Shown here: piece by piece, positions 1 to 11,990 of the stretch
Layout: every line of letters begins with the position of its first letter
Position numbering within the stretch: the stretch's first letter is position 1
Assembly: GCF_006345805.1 (NCBI RefSeq)
Contig: NC_043003.1
Coordinates: forward strand, 30,318,001-30,382,000
Length of the DNA stretch: 64,000 nt
From: Octopus sinensis
Taxonomy: Eukaryota
Direction of reading: 5' to 3'
Made by a program: the position numbers and the translations under genes
Notes under the pieces: model-generated
Databases searched by the model: none
What the model was told of the DNA's origin: nothing
What the model saw: only the letters and a program-made list of their open reading frames with translations

Positions 1-1447
1 ATTTTAAATTTAAACAAAATATATTGTTTATTATAAAATTTTAAAATATACAATTACAATCAGAAATTTTATAGTTAATTAACCTAAATTTGTAATCATT
101 ACTTATAACCTACAAATTAAACTATTTTGACGTTATCACCAAATATCATTACAAAATATCTGGAAATATTGATTACTCTTTTAAACATTTTACAGGTGTT
201 CATATAGTGTTTAATAATGTTACTATGATTCTATATAAATACATTTGTTAGTGATTAATAATTATTACGCTGATAACAAACATTTGTTTGTTTGATAATG
301 TTATTATGGTGATAGTCAACATTTACTGTTAAAGAAAATAGCTAATATCTTAGCTAAGTCACTACAGGATAATGTTAGCTTGGATGTAATTCATGTTCAT
401 GTGTAGATGTAGAGTCAGAGATGCCATGTTTCTATAAGGACAACTGCAAAAGGTTTTAAGAATAAACCACTTAATCAATCTGAAGAATACTTCTAACAGG
501 ATCTCACCTTATGCAGTCTTGTGTGTGTACTAACACTAGGTACAGATGTAGCCTTGTGAGAGACACTTCACACCAAATATATACAAAAGTAATTGAAAGA
601 AACAAAGGTTTTGTGGAAGGCTGACTAAGGACTGAAACATCAGATGCTCTATAAGTACATGAGTAGTTAAAAGTAGCAGGAGCTATAAAACAACTGGAAA
701 ATAACAACTTGCAGCAAATTAAGCATATGCAAGCCTTCACCTAGAATTTGTCTAATTCCACTTCTGTTCATTATAGTTCTGTGTTACAGAATTATAACGA
801 ATTCAAACTATCATAACACAGAGTTCAAAATTATTGATAATCTGGTTGTAGAAGCAGAATTTGTCAAACAAGTCATGGAATATTTTTTTTTAATTTGGGA
901 GAATGATCAGGAGTATAGAGACCTAAAACGTGGCAAAATTCAAAAATCTACTTAGAAACACAGAGTACAAAATGTGTAGGTTGCTCAACATAGAGGTGGG
1001 AGTTCAGTATTATGCCTAAAAGTTTATGAAGGTTTCTGGCAGATTGACTGAGGTTGGGGCATAAAATGCTCTTTAAATACTACATTAGTTAACAGTAGTA
1101 GCATCAGCCATTGAATATTCAACTGGCCAGAAACTCAGTGCAAATAAATGATGCTAAGTACCTCAGAAAAGCTGCAAGCATTGAAGATTAAAATACAAAT
1201 AATGTTGATGAGAACTGTATTCTAGAAAAAATCCCCATATATGTATATATAAATTTATCATAAAATATATTGTTGATTGTAGAAAACATTTTGCCAAAGC
1301 ATCTATGGAATTTTCACCTATAAATAATTTCTAAATAAAGTTCCACTACAGGTACCACAATGGTATGGTCTTTCACTTGTCTGAGCTAAGTTTGTGTTAA
1401 AATAAAGAACCGCCTTAAGAGTATGTTTTACTACAAATATCAGAGTT

Positions 1448-2611
1448 TTATGGGCTTTCTCCTGTATGAACACGTATGTGAGAAGACAAATGACCTCTTT
1501 TAGAAAATGTTTTACCACAAATATCACAGTGGTATGGGCTTTCTTCTAAGTGAGTGTGTTTGTGGGAACATAGCTCAACATTTGTAGAAAATGATTCACT
1601 ACAGATATCACAGTGATATGGTTTCTCTCCTGCATGAATATGTTTGGGAAAAGATAAATCATCACTTCTAGAAATTGTTTCATCACCAGTATCATACTGG
1701 TATGTTTTCTCTCCAGTGTGGATACGTTTGTGGGAAGATAAATTACTATTTTGAGAAAAATTTTTACCACAGATGTCACAATGATATGGTTTCCCTCCTG
1801 TGTGAACAAGTTTGTGGCAAGACAAATCACCATTTCTAGAAAATGTTTTACCACAGATATCACATTTAAATGGTCTTTCTCCAGAGTGAATATGTTTGTG
1901 GCGAGTCAATGAACTGTTTCTAGTGAATCTCTCATCACAGATATCACAGTGATATGGTTTTTCTCCTGTATGAGTAAGCTTGTGAGAAGACAAATGACTA
2001 CTAACAGAAAATGTTCTACCACAGATATCACAGCGATATGGTCTTTCTCCTGTATGAATACGTATATGACAAGACAAATGACCCCTTGTAGAAAATGTTT
2101 TATCACAGATATCACAGCGGAATGGGCTTTCTCCTGTGTGAATTCGTTTGTGGGTAAATAAGCTACGATTATCAAAGAAGGCTTTACCACAGTCACTACA
2201 TTGGAAAGGTTTTTCTCCTGTATGAATACGTTTGTGAGTAGATAAATTACCTTTCTGAGAGAAGTTTTTACCACATGTGTCACAGTGGTATGGTTTTTCT
2301 CCAGTATGAATACGCTTGTGGGCAGATAAACTGCCACTTGTAGAAAAGTTTTCATCACAGATATCACAGTGGTGTAGTTTTTTCCCTGTGTGAATACGTT
2401 TATGGCAAGATAACAAATTTCTTGTAGCAAATATTTTATCACAAATTTTACATTGGTACAGCTTTTTGACAGAGTGGATTAATTTATGCTGAATTAAATT
2501 CTTTCTTGTTGTAAATAATTCCTCACAGATATCACAAGGATGTGATTCCTCTTCTGTATTTTCCTGTGTCTGAGTTGATGAATCAATATTTTCAGACTTT
2601 TTCTCATCCAT
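1448..2611 (-). CDS. Tandem C2H2 zinc-finger protein (ZNF-A), about 387 aa, 12 intact fingers plus 1 degenerate, no KRAB/SCAN/BTB domain
   Basis: Repeated C-x2-C-x12-H-x3-H with TGEKPY linkers. The ORF track starts at a TTG (2671). The first ATG (2611, MDEKK) has the same context, catatagattaaaa..aaagttATG, as the start of ZNF-B. Confidence 0.92.
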   Translation of the reverse strand: MDEKKSENIDSSTQTQENTEEESHPCDICEELFTTRKNLIQHKLIHSVKKLYQCKICDKIFATRNLLSCHKRIHTGKKLHHCDICDENFSTSGSLSAHKRIHTGEKPYHCDTCGKNFSQKGNLSTHKRIHTGEKPFQCSDCGKAFFDNRSLFTHKRIHTGESPFRCDICDKTFSTRGHLSCHIRIHTGERPYRCDICGRTFSVSSHLSSHKLTHTGEKPYHCDICDERFTRNSSLTRHKHIHSGERPFKCDICGKTFSRNGDLSCHKLVHTGGKPYHCDICGKNFSQNSNLSSHKRIHTGEKTYQYDTGDETISRSDDLSFPKHIHAGEKPYHCDICSESFSTNVELCSHKHTHLEESPYHCDICGKTFSKRGHLSSHIRVHTGESP

Positions 2612-3099
2612 AACTTTCTCTTTTAATCTATATGATGTGATGATGTTTTGGCTGTTAAGAGAGAACTTCAAGTGGATTTATTATAAAAGAATTTTATAGT
2701 AACTAACTAGTAACTTAAGTGTTATCAAATTGGATCATTTAACTAACAAGATATTTCTAGATATACCAATCCTAACACATGACAGTTTCAATATCATAGT
2801 GATTAATCCCTGTTAAATCAAAATTTCTGAACATAATTTTCCAGTTCATGTCAGCATGGAAGATGATTGTTAAAAGATGATGATTTTTCACAATAGTACA
2901 AATTCCTGCCTGAGGATTGTGGCTGTGCTGCAGCACTACCTATACTAGTGAGGCTGTTACAACAGCCTTCTTCTAAAGATGGCTTACGTAGTTTTGCTAC
3001 TAATCTTAATCCAAAGGAAATATTTTACATTCATTCAACAAAGAGTTGTAGAAATAGGCTGACATTAGCTTGATGAAGTTCTTTTTAGTCTTCAAAAGT

Positions 3100-3180
3100 T
3101 GATAAACATGTTGATCTCCAGTGAAATATTAGTATCTCAATGTCATCAGATAATCTGAAATAAGAAGACAACATAAGATA
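3100..3180 (-). promoter_or_regulatory. 3' splice acceptor and start of the leader exon of ZNF-A
   Basis: Minus strand reads cttatgttgtcttcttatttcag|attatctgatgacattgagata (AG at 3156-3155). It is homologous to the acceptors at 46517 and 59093. Confidence 0.6.
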
Positions 3181-3552
3181 TAAGGGACAATGAAGTGTAA
3201 ACAGAAATATTATTGGAGAGAAGATATTTGACCACAGGCAGCAAAATTAGATTAGCAAGAAACAGCCAGAACATATTTACAGAAGAGAAAAGACTCTGAT
3301 AAAAAACAAGATGTGGTGGACTCAATGATAAGGACTATGAATCCAGATCTTAGAATGAAGACCTTCAAATATGACCAGTCTATGGAACATTACCAAATCA
3401 TTATATAAATATTATATCTTCTGATCAAAACAAACATACATATCTACACTATAATAATAACAAAACAGATTACTTCATTTGGTTCAAACTTTTGGTTGTT
3501 AGTCTCTTTGGATATACCTCGATCAATTCTAAAAGACAAAACATTGTATAAT

Positions 3553-3697
3553 GGTGTGGCTGTGTAGTAAAAAGTTGGCTTTCCAACTACATGATTCTGG
3601 GTTCAGTCCAACTATGTCACACTTTGGGCAGGTCTCTTCTACTATAGCCCCGGGCCAACCAAAGTCTTGTTAGTAGATTTGAAACTGAAAGGAGCCT
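3553..3697 (+). mobile_element. tRNA-derived SINE, 5' part
   Basis: ggtgtggctgtgtagtaaaaag...gggttcagtcc (A/B-box-like head) followed by cactttgggcagg..tactatagcc..aaactgaaag. Same family as 44441-44860. Confidence 0.8.
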
Positions 3698-3699
3698 AT

Positions 3700-4760
3700 A
3701 ATGTGTATATATAACTATATAAAAGCATTATTGCTGTTCAAAACAGTAAAAATGAGGCGGTTAGCAAGACTTCTACCATAATAGGTATAATATTAAATAT
3801 TTGAATAAAAGAAGGGTAAAAAATACTGCTTGCCAAAGATGAAAGCGAAAGCTTCAAAACCACCTATGATAAATACACAAGCAATGCAATGAACACTTTA
3901 AAAATAGGCCTACCTTCAGGATGTAATTTGAAGATAGTTAACATATTTAATATTATACCTATTAAGGTAGAAGTCTTGCTAACTGCCTCATTATTACTGT
4001 TTTTAACAGCAATAATGCTTTCATATAGTTACTTTCTAATTGCTTACAATAGTTTTCTCTTTAAACGGAGCGGGACATTTAAAGTTTGAAATGCACATGA
4101 GTTGACATAGTGGATATTTTGGAAGTAGATGTTACTATCTCCAACTGAAAATTGAAGAGCATGTTTTCTCATGCACAGCATGAAATCAATCGAAATTGTG
4201 GTACGTAAACTGTCTTCAAATTCCATCCTGAATCTTTAAACTTAATACATAGGACTTAAGTTTAAAGATTTAGTTAACAGAATATATTTGTTAAGATATT
4301 TTGTGTTTGTATTTTATGGTATATTATTGCATTTTCTTCGATTTTTCTTGCAAGATTATGTATTTTTATATATATTTATATTTTCTTACAAGATTATATA
4401 CGTATATTTATATATTTAATAATTTTACTGTTTTTATCTTGGACCTGAAGAGTGATTATATTTAAATTGAATTGATTTTACTGTTATCAGTTTGAAAATA
4501 TAGCCAAGAAACATGTGTAGTCTTTTTACCAATTATATACTTTTTATTTATTTTGTACTTTACTTAATTATTGGTATATGTTTTATCGTATATTTAATTT
4601 TTTCTATATGGTATAATTTAATTAAATCATTATTTCATTGTTGAATAGCTAAAAGGTGGTTCTTCTCTAATTTATATACATATATATTGTGAAATTTGAT
4701 TCAGTATTACTAAATTAAATTTTTCCCTGTAAGTTTGGAATAATATTTCCCAATATTATT
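3700..4760 (+). mobile_element. Degraded Penelope-like element 3' end (GIY-YIG remnant plus pLTR/3' region) with an internal inversion
   Basis: Decayed peptides ESFKTTYDKYTS (~3845-3880) and GSRCYYLQLKI..MFSHAQHEIN (~4120-4190) resemble the PLE endonuclease C-terminus. A hammerhead motif follows, then a 3' block shared with 6440-6935. Confidence 0.55.
4442..4522 (+). ncRNA. Minimal type-I hammerhead ribozyme (HHR-1)
   Basis: GAC-CUGAAGA-(stem II GUGAUUAUAUUU / AAAUAUAGCCAA)-GAAAC-AUGU-GUA^GUC. Core nucleotides are intact; stem II has two mismatches. Confidence 0.75.
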
Positions 4761-5098
4761 ATTATATATACATACATATATATACATATATACACACACA
4801 CACACACATATATATATATACACACACATATATATATACACACACATATATATATATACACACACACACATATATATATACACACACACACATATATATA
4901 CACACACACACATATATATATACACACACACATATATATATACACACACACACACATATATATATACACACACACACACATATATATACACACACACACA
5001 TATATATACACACACACACATATATATATACACACACACACATATATATATACACACATACACATATATATACACACACACACATATATATACACACA
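4761..5098. repeat. Compound (CA)n/(TA)n microsatellite with ~18-22 nt higher-order units
   Basis: catatatatatacacacaca repeats. Confidence 0.95.
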
Positions 5099-5759
5099 GC
5101 CAGGATCCCTGGCCTGGTGGTACGTAAAAAGCACTATCCGACTCGGGGCCGTGGCACGTAAAATACTCCAATGCGACCGTACGACAGGCACCCATGCCAA
5201 CCCCCTTTGCTTGTGAAGACATGTTGGGGCAAGCGAAATCGAAAATCGAAATCGAATTGAACCAGCCAGGATCCCTGGTCTGGTGGTACGTAAAAAGCAC
5301 TATCCGACTCGTGGCCGTGGCACGTAAAATACTCCAATGCGACCGTACGACAGGCACCCTTGCCAACCCCCTTTGCTTGTGAAGACATGTTGGGGCAAGC
5401 GAAATCGTAATCGAATTGAACCAGCCAGGATCCCTGGTCTGGTGGTACGTAAAAAGCACTATCCGACTCGTGGCCGATGCCAGCACCGCCTCGACTGGCT
5501 TCCGTGCCGGTGGCACATAAAATACACCAATCTGACCGTGGCCGTTGCCAGCCCCGCCTGGCACCTGTGCAGGTGGCACGTAAAAAGCACCCACTACACT
5601 CACGGAGTGGTTGGCGTTAGGAAGGGCATCCAGCTGTAGAAACATTGCCAAATTAGACTGGAGCCTGGTGCAGCCTTCTGGCTTCCCAGAACCCCGGTCG
5701 AACCGTCCAACCCATGCTAGCATGGAGAACGGACGTTAAACGACGATGATGATGATGAT
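5099..5759 (+). mobile_element. 5'-truncated RTE LINE 3' UTR with ~2.3 tandem 159-166 bp units and a (GAT)n tail
   Basis: The terminal ~250 bp match the UTR downstream of the RTE coding fragment at 25198-26115. Units start at 5099, 5265 and 5424. It ends ggacgttaaacgacgatgatgatgatgat. Confidence 0.85.
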
Positions 5760-5781
5760 ATACACACACACACATATATAT

Positions 5782-5812
<31 letters not shown>

Positions 5813-5945
5813 CATACATACATATATATACATATATAAATACATACATACATATATATATACATACATACATATATATACACATACATACATATATATA
5901 CACATACATACATATATATATACATACATATATATATATATATAC
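5760..5945. repeat. (TACA)n/(TA)n microsatellite
   Basis: Direct inspection. Confidence 0.95.
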
Positions 5946-6439
5946 ATTAGAATTAGATTGTAAAGTTTTTTAGTATAGGTAAAGTATTTAATACTATTGA
6001 ATTTAATAATAATAATAATAAGTACTTTTTTCACAAATAATTTTATAAACGATAAGTAATACATTATTAGTTTTGGATTTTTTTTTTTATTTCATTAATT
6101 TTTCCAAATGATAAGTATAAAATTTATTTAAGAAATAATGGAGTCATTTATTTATTCATATGTTTATATTGAAAAAATTTTGATTTCTAATAGCTATATT
6201 TGTTAATTATAATTTAGATACATACTTTTATTTAATTATATAATTTTATTATTTTATAATTATTATATGTGAACAAAAATCTAAAAGTATTAAGTGATTG
6301 TTTTGTATAATAATTTGTAACGTAAAATATTAGAGTATAGCTAGTGAAAAGATATTCTATAGTTTGTTAATGTTATTCTCAAAGCTAAATTATATCTTCA
6401 CAGATAAATACATTTTTCTATCTATTTACTCTATTTTTT

Positions 6440-6935
6440 TACCTTAGGTTTTTAACATGATAAATGTATTATAGGTACATGGTCCTACTTTTTAAGTTTC
6501 AAATTTAGTTACGGGGTGTCTTCTATAAGAACAATTATGATTTTATTTCTTTAAGAAATATTGTTTAATTCTATTTGATTATATTTAACTATTATTGTTA
6601 TTATTGTTGACCTGAGGAGTGACTATACTTTTAAATTGAATTGTTTTTCTATTAGATTTAAATCTAATTGAAATTCGATTTGAAATTATAGACATGAAAA
6701 GTATATAGTCTTTTTACTTATTATATATTGCTTATTCATTTTTTGCACTTTTTGTGACATAGATATATATTTTATTTTTTCTTTATGATTTGGTTTGTGT
6801 CTATCATTGTTTGAATTGCTTAATAGTGGTTTTTCTCTAATTTATATATATTATATATTTATATTGTGAAATTTGATTTAATACTAAATTGAATCTTTTC
6901 CCTGTCAGTTTGGAATTATACTCCCTAATATTATT
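6440..6935 (+). mobile_element. Penelope-like element 3' (pLTR) remnant, related to 4290-4760
   Basis: Shares the ctctaatttatata..ttgtgaaatttgatt..ttccctgt.agtttggaa..aatattattatt block with 4660-4765 and contains a hammerhead motif. Confidence 0.55.
6609..6710 (+). ncRNA. Degenerate minimal type-I hammerhead ribozyme (HHR-2)
   Basis: GAC-CUGAGGA-(GUGACUAUA / UAUAGACAU)-GAAAA-GUAU-AUA^GUC. Stem III is decayed, in a way consistent with CpG loss. Confidence 0.6.
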
Positions 6936-7158
6936 ATTATATATATATATATATAGAGAAACATATATATACACATATATAGACACACACATATATATAT
7001 ATATACACACATATATATGCACATCTATAGACACACACACACACACATATATGCACATCTATAGACACACACACACACATATATGCACATATATAGACAC
7101 ACACACACATATATATGCACATATATAGACACACACACACATATATGCACATATATAG

Positions 7159-7194
<36 letters not shown>

Positions 7195-7238
7195 GCACAT
7201 ATATAGACACACACACACACACATATATATATATACAT
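6936..7238. repeat. Minisatellite-like array of ~30-34 nt units (acatatatgcacat[a/c]tatagacacacacac)
   Basis: About 8 imperfect units visible. Confidence 0.9.
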
Positions 7239-8211
7239 TATCACGCAATACAAAACCCTGAAAATATTGCGCATCTGCAACATGAGCTGGACACAATATA
7301 CAGGTGGGCTGAGGACAACAACATGCAGTTTAATGCAGGTAAGTTCCAGGCCCTGCGCTACTGGCACACAAAGGTAAATGACGTGAAGACTGGGTACACT
7401 GGCCCAGGAAGAATTGCAATCCCTGAGTCAAAATCAGTGCGTGACCTGGGCATTGACATGAGCAATGATGCATCTTTCCAAATGCATATTGCTAATCTGG
7501 TGATAAAATGCAGACGGCTAGCTGGATGGATTCTCCGAACTTTCAGAACAAGAGAGAAGGAGACACTGATGGTCCTATGGAAAACATTCGTCCTCAGCTG
7601 CTTGGACTACTGCTCCCAACCTTGGTCACCACACAATATAAAACAAACAGCAGAACTCGAAGCAATTCAGAGAAGCTACACAAAGAAAATCGTCTCAATG
7701 CAAAATGTCAGCTACTGGGAAAGACTGAAGGTATTAAACCTCTTCTCCCCGGAGCGGAGGCAGGAGAGATATGCAGTGATATACATCTGGAAAATCCTGG
7801 AGGGTCTTGTCCCAAACTTTGGCATTCAAAGTTACTCCAACCGCAGAACGGGGCGCCGCTGCGTGGTGCCAAGGATTCCAACATCACCATCAAAATACAG
7901 GTCCAGATACTGCAACAGCTTGGGTTTCAGAGGACCACAGCTCTTTAACATCCTCCCTAAATGCCTGAGAGACTTACATGGTGTGGATGTGGGTTTCTTT
8001 AAAACTAAACTGGATCTCTTCTTGTTGGGAGTCCTAGATGAACCTACCTCACGACAGGAGACACGGATGCGGGCAGCAGCATCGAACTCCCTTGTTGATC
8101 AAGTGCCATGTATCAGAGGTGGATTCACAAACTAGTGTAGCTCATTCAGCGGTGGTGCCCCAGCATGGCCGCGGCCTTCGGGCTAAAACATTTTTAAGGA
8201 TTTAAGGATTT
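7239..8211 (+). mobile_element. CR1/L2-group LINE, 3' fragment (RT C-terminus plus 3' UTR), subfamily with a (TTTAAGGA)n tail
   Basis: ORF 7083-8135 contains WAEDNNMQFNAGKF, VRDLG, LDYCSQPWSP and SYWERLK. The 3' UTR reads ggtgccccagcatggcc..aaaac, then a tttaagga repeat. Confidence 0.9.
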
Positions 8212-8535
8212 ATATATATACATACATACATATATATATATACATACATACATACATATATATACATACATACATACATATATATATACATACATACATA
8301 CATATATATATACATACATACATATATATATATACATACATATATATATATACATACATACATATATATATACATACATATATATATACATACATATATA
8401 TATATACATACATACATATATATATATACATACATACATATATATATACATACATACATATATATATATACATACATACATATATATATATACATACATA
8501 CATATATATATATATACATACATACATATATATAT
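8212..8535. repeat. (TACA)n/(TA)n microsatellite
   Basis: Direct inspection. Confidence 0.95.
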
Positions 8536-10232
8536 GATTGATTGATTGATTGATTCCAGCTCACATTGCAGGTGCCTAGTGTCTTCAGGGTTCTGTATTG
8601 CCTGTGAAACTTTTGTATCATCTGCATAACTTGTGATCGTGGCTCTCCGCGTGGCTGAGGGCATGTCTGAGAGGGCCATTATGAACAGTAGTGGTCCCAA
8701 AACAGTGCCCTGTGGAACACCGCTCACTATTTGCGTGCTAATGGAAGTGGCCCCATTGGCTACTACCACCTGACTTCTATTCTTCAGAAAGTCGTGAAGC
8801 CATTCTCCTAGTTTTCCAACTATGCCAAGATCACGCAGTTTGTGACATATCATTCCATGATCGACTTTATCGAAGGCCTTTGCGAAGTCGAGATATATGA
8901 CTTCCACATTTGAGTGGTTGAGCAGTTGTTTCAGCACCCAGTCATAGTGCTGCAGGAGCTGAGTTAAGCAGCTTCTTCCTGGTCGGAAACCATGTTGGGT
9001 GTCAGGCAGCAAGTCATTTTCTTCAAGGAAGGTGATTAGTTTCCTTCTGACTATTCGTTCCATGACCTTGCTGATGTGTGAGGTCAGAGAGATAGGTCTG
9101 TAGTTCTTGGCCTCCGCTCTGCTACCTCCTTTATGAATAGGGCATATTTTACCTTCCTTCAGTTTTCTTGGAAGTTTGCCAGCTGCAAGGAAGCTCTGAA
9201 AGAGGAACTGCAGTGGTCTTGCTAAGACTCTCTTACATACTTTTAGGAGGATTGCCGGGAATCCATCGGGGCCAATAGCTGAGTCTATTTTCATTTCATC
9301 TATAGCCTTTATTACATCATCTTCCTTTATATCGATGTAATTTAACGTCGCCGCCTCTGATTCTATATCTGCAGTGGTAAAAAAGTCAGTTGGATTGCTG
9401 ATTTGGAAATGCCCAAGGGGTGGAGTGAAAACACTCTTGAATTGTTCATTCAGTATTTCACTTACCCTCATTGGTTTTCCTGTGAGTGTGCCATCCTTTT
9501 CAAGGAGTGGCCCTATCCTACAGTGCACCGTAGCTGTTTCATTGGCATACCTGTAGAAAGCTCTGGGGTTAGTTTTTATGTTGTCTATAGCCCAGGCTTC
9601 TTTGTCTGCTCTTTCCTTCTCATGGGAGAGTTGCAGACAATTTTCGATTTCCAACAGTTTTATTTTCAGGCGGGACTTTTCACTGCTTTCAATTTGTTTG
9701 TTTAGGCGATTTGAGATTTTTGTGCGCCGTCTCATTAAAATTTTTCTCTCTCTGGGGATTTTGTTCTTGTGTACAGTGGCCTTTCTCTCTGGGACACATT
9801 TGTAGCATATGGCTTGCATTACAGACATGAATTGTTGAAGTATCATGTCGATGTCGGCGGAGGAGGAGAGACATTCAGGCCAGTTTTGTTTGAGGATCTC
9901 TTTCTCAATTTGTTCCAGTTTGCCTTATTGAAGTTCAAGCTGGAAAGACTCTGAGGGTTTTGTAGGCTGCATGTCCGTGCTCTCTTTTGGCCCGTACATG
10001 GTCAGCTCTACCATATTGTGATCCGAGAGTAGTGTCGGTGTCATTTCACATTATGGATGAGATCCATATTATTGTGAAGCAGAGATCCAGTGTGTTACCC
10101 GCTCTGGTTGGTTGGAGTAGTATTACCTGCTCCATGTACAGGGTGTTGATGAGGTTCAGGAGGGACCTGCCTGTCCTCGTTCACATCTTGTCATTCCAGG
10201 GAGAGAAAGGCCCTCGGCCATCTGACATTCGG
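8536..10232 (-). mobile_element. CR1/L2-group LINE copy A: 5'-truncated, and lacking the last ~0.9 kb but keeping an (AATC)n tail
   Basis: ORF 8194-9846 contains NYRPISLTS, QHGFRPGRSC, YLDFAKAFDKV, GVPQGTVLGP and YADD. Homology stops at HLQCELE and joins (AATC)5 directly. Confidence 0.92.
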
Positions 10233-10372
10233 TATATTTATATATATATATACATACATATATATATATATACATACATATATATATATATATATATACT
10301 ATATATATATATATATATACATACATATATATATATATATACATACATAATATAATATATATATATATACTA

Positions 10373-10412
<40 letters not shown>

Positions 10413-10447
10413 CATATATATTATATAATTATATATTATTATATACA

Positions 10448-10510
<63 letters not shown>

Positions 10511-11313
10511 CATACATATATATTATATATTATATATATCATACATATATATATATATATATATACATACATATATATATATATATCCACATATATATAT
10601 ATATATACATACATATATATATTACATACATACATTATATATATACATACATACATATATATATATAACATACATATATATATATACAACATATATATAT
10701 ACATACAGATATATATACATACATACATATAATAACATACATACATATATATATATATATATACATACATATAATATATATAATACATACATATATATAT
10801 ATATATACATACATATATATATATACATACAATATATATATATACATACATATATATATATATACATAATATATATATATATACATACATATATATATAT
10901 ATACATACATATATATATATATACATACATATATATATATATACATACAATATATATATATACATACATATATATATATATACATACATACATATATATA
11001 TATACATACATATTATATATATACATACATACATATATATATACATACATATATATATATACATACATATATATATATATACATACAACATATATATATA
11101 TACATACATATATATATTACATCATACATTATATATACATACATATATATATATTACATACATATATATATATAACATACATATATATATTACATACATA
11201 CAATACTATATATATTACATACATAATTATATATACATACATATATATATATACATACATTTTTATATATATATATATTATATAATACATATATATATAT
11301 ATATATACATACA

Positions 11314-11349
<36 letters not shown>

Positions 11350-11990
11350 ATACATATATATATATATACATACATATATATATACATACATATATATATA
11401 TATACATACATACATATATACATATACATATATATACATACATACATATATATATATACATACATATATATATATATACATACATATATATATATATACA
11501 TACATACATATATATATATACATATATATATACATACATACATATATATATACATACATACATATATATATACATACATATATATATATATATACATACA
11601 TACATATATATATACTACATACATACATATATATATACATACATATATATATACATACATACATATATATATACATACATACATATATATATACATAAAT
11701 ACATATATATATATATATACATACATATATATATATATTATACATACACTATATATATATACATACATACATATATATATATTACATCCATACATATATA
11801 TATATATACATACATATATATATACATACATACATATATATATATATACATACAATATATATATATATACATACATACATATATATATAATACATACATA
11901 CATATATATATATACATACATATATATATATATACATACATTATATATATATACATACATACATATATATATACATACATACATATATAT
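10233..11990. repeat. (TA)n/(TACA)n microsatellite tract
   Basis: Direct inspection. Confidence 0.95.

Noticed and set aside
360-500. Possible fourth ZNF leader exon on the minus strand (tattcttcag|att; weak similarity to the ZNF-A leader)
   Set aside because: Similarity is limited to short patches and any CDS would lie outside the window.
3553-3620. tRNA gene
   Set aside because: Only A/B-box-like SINE heads here and at 44441 and 56765; no complete cloverleaf.
5099-5475. CRISPR-like array
   Set aside because: Units are whole tandem duplications with no unique spacers, in a eukaryotic retroelement UTR with no cas genes.
7239-10232. Twin-priming explanation for the opposed LINE fragments with complementary coverage
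   Set aside because: The order is wrong (the 3' piece precedes the inverted 5' piece). The fragments also belong to different subfamilies with different tails.
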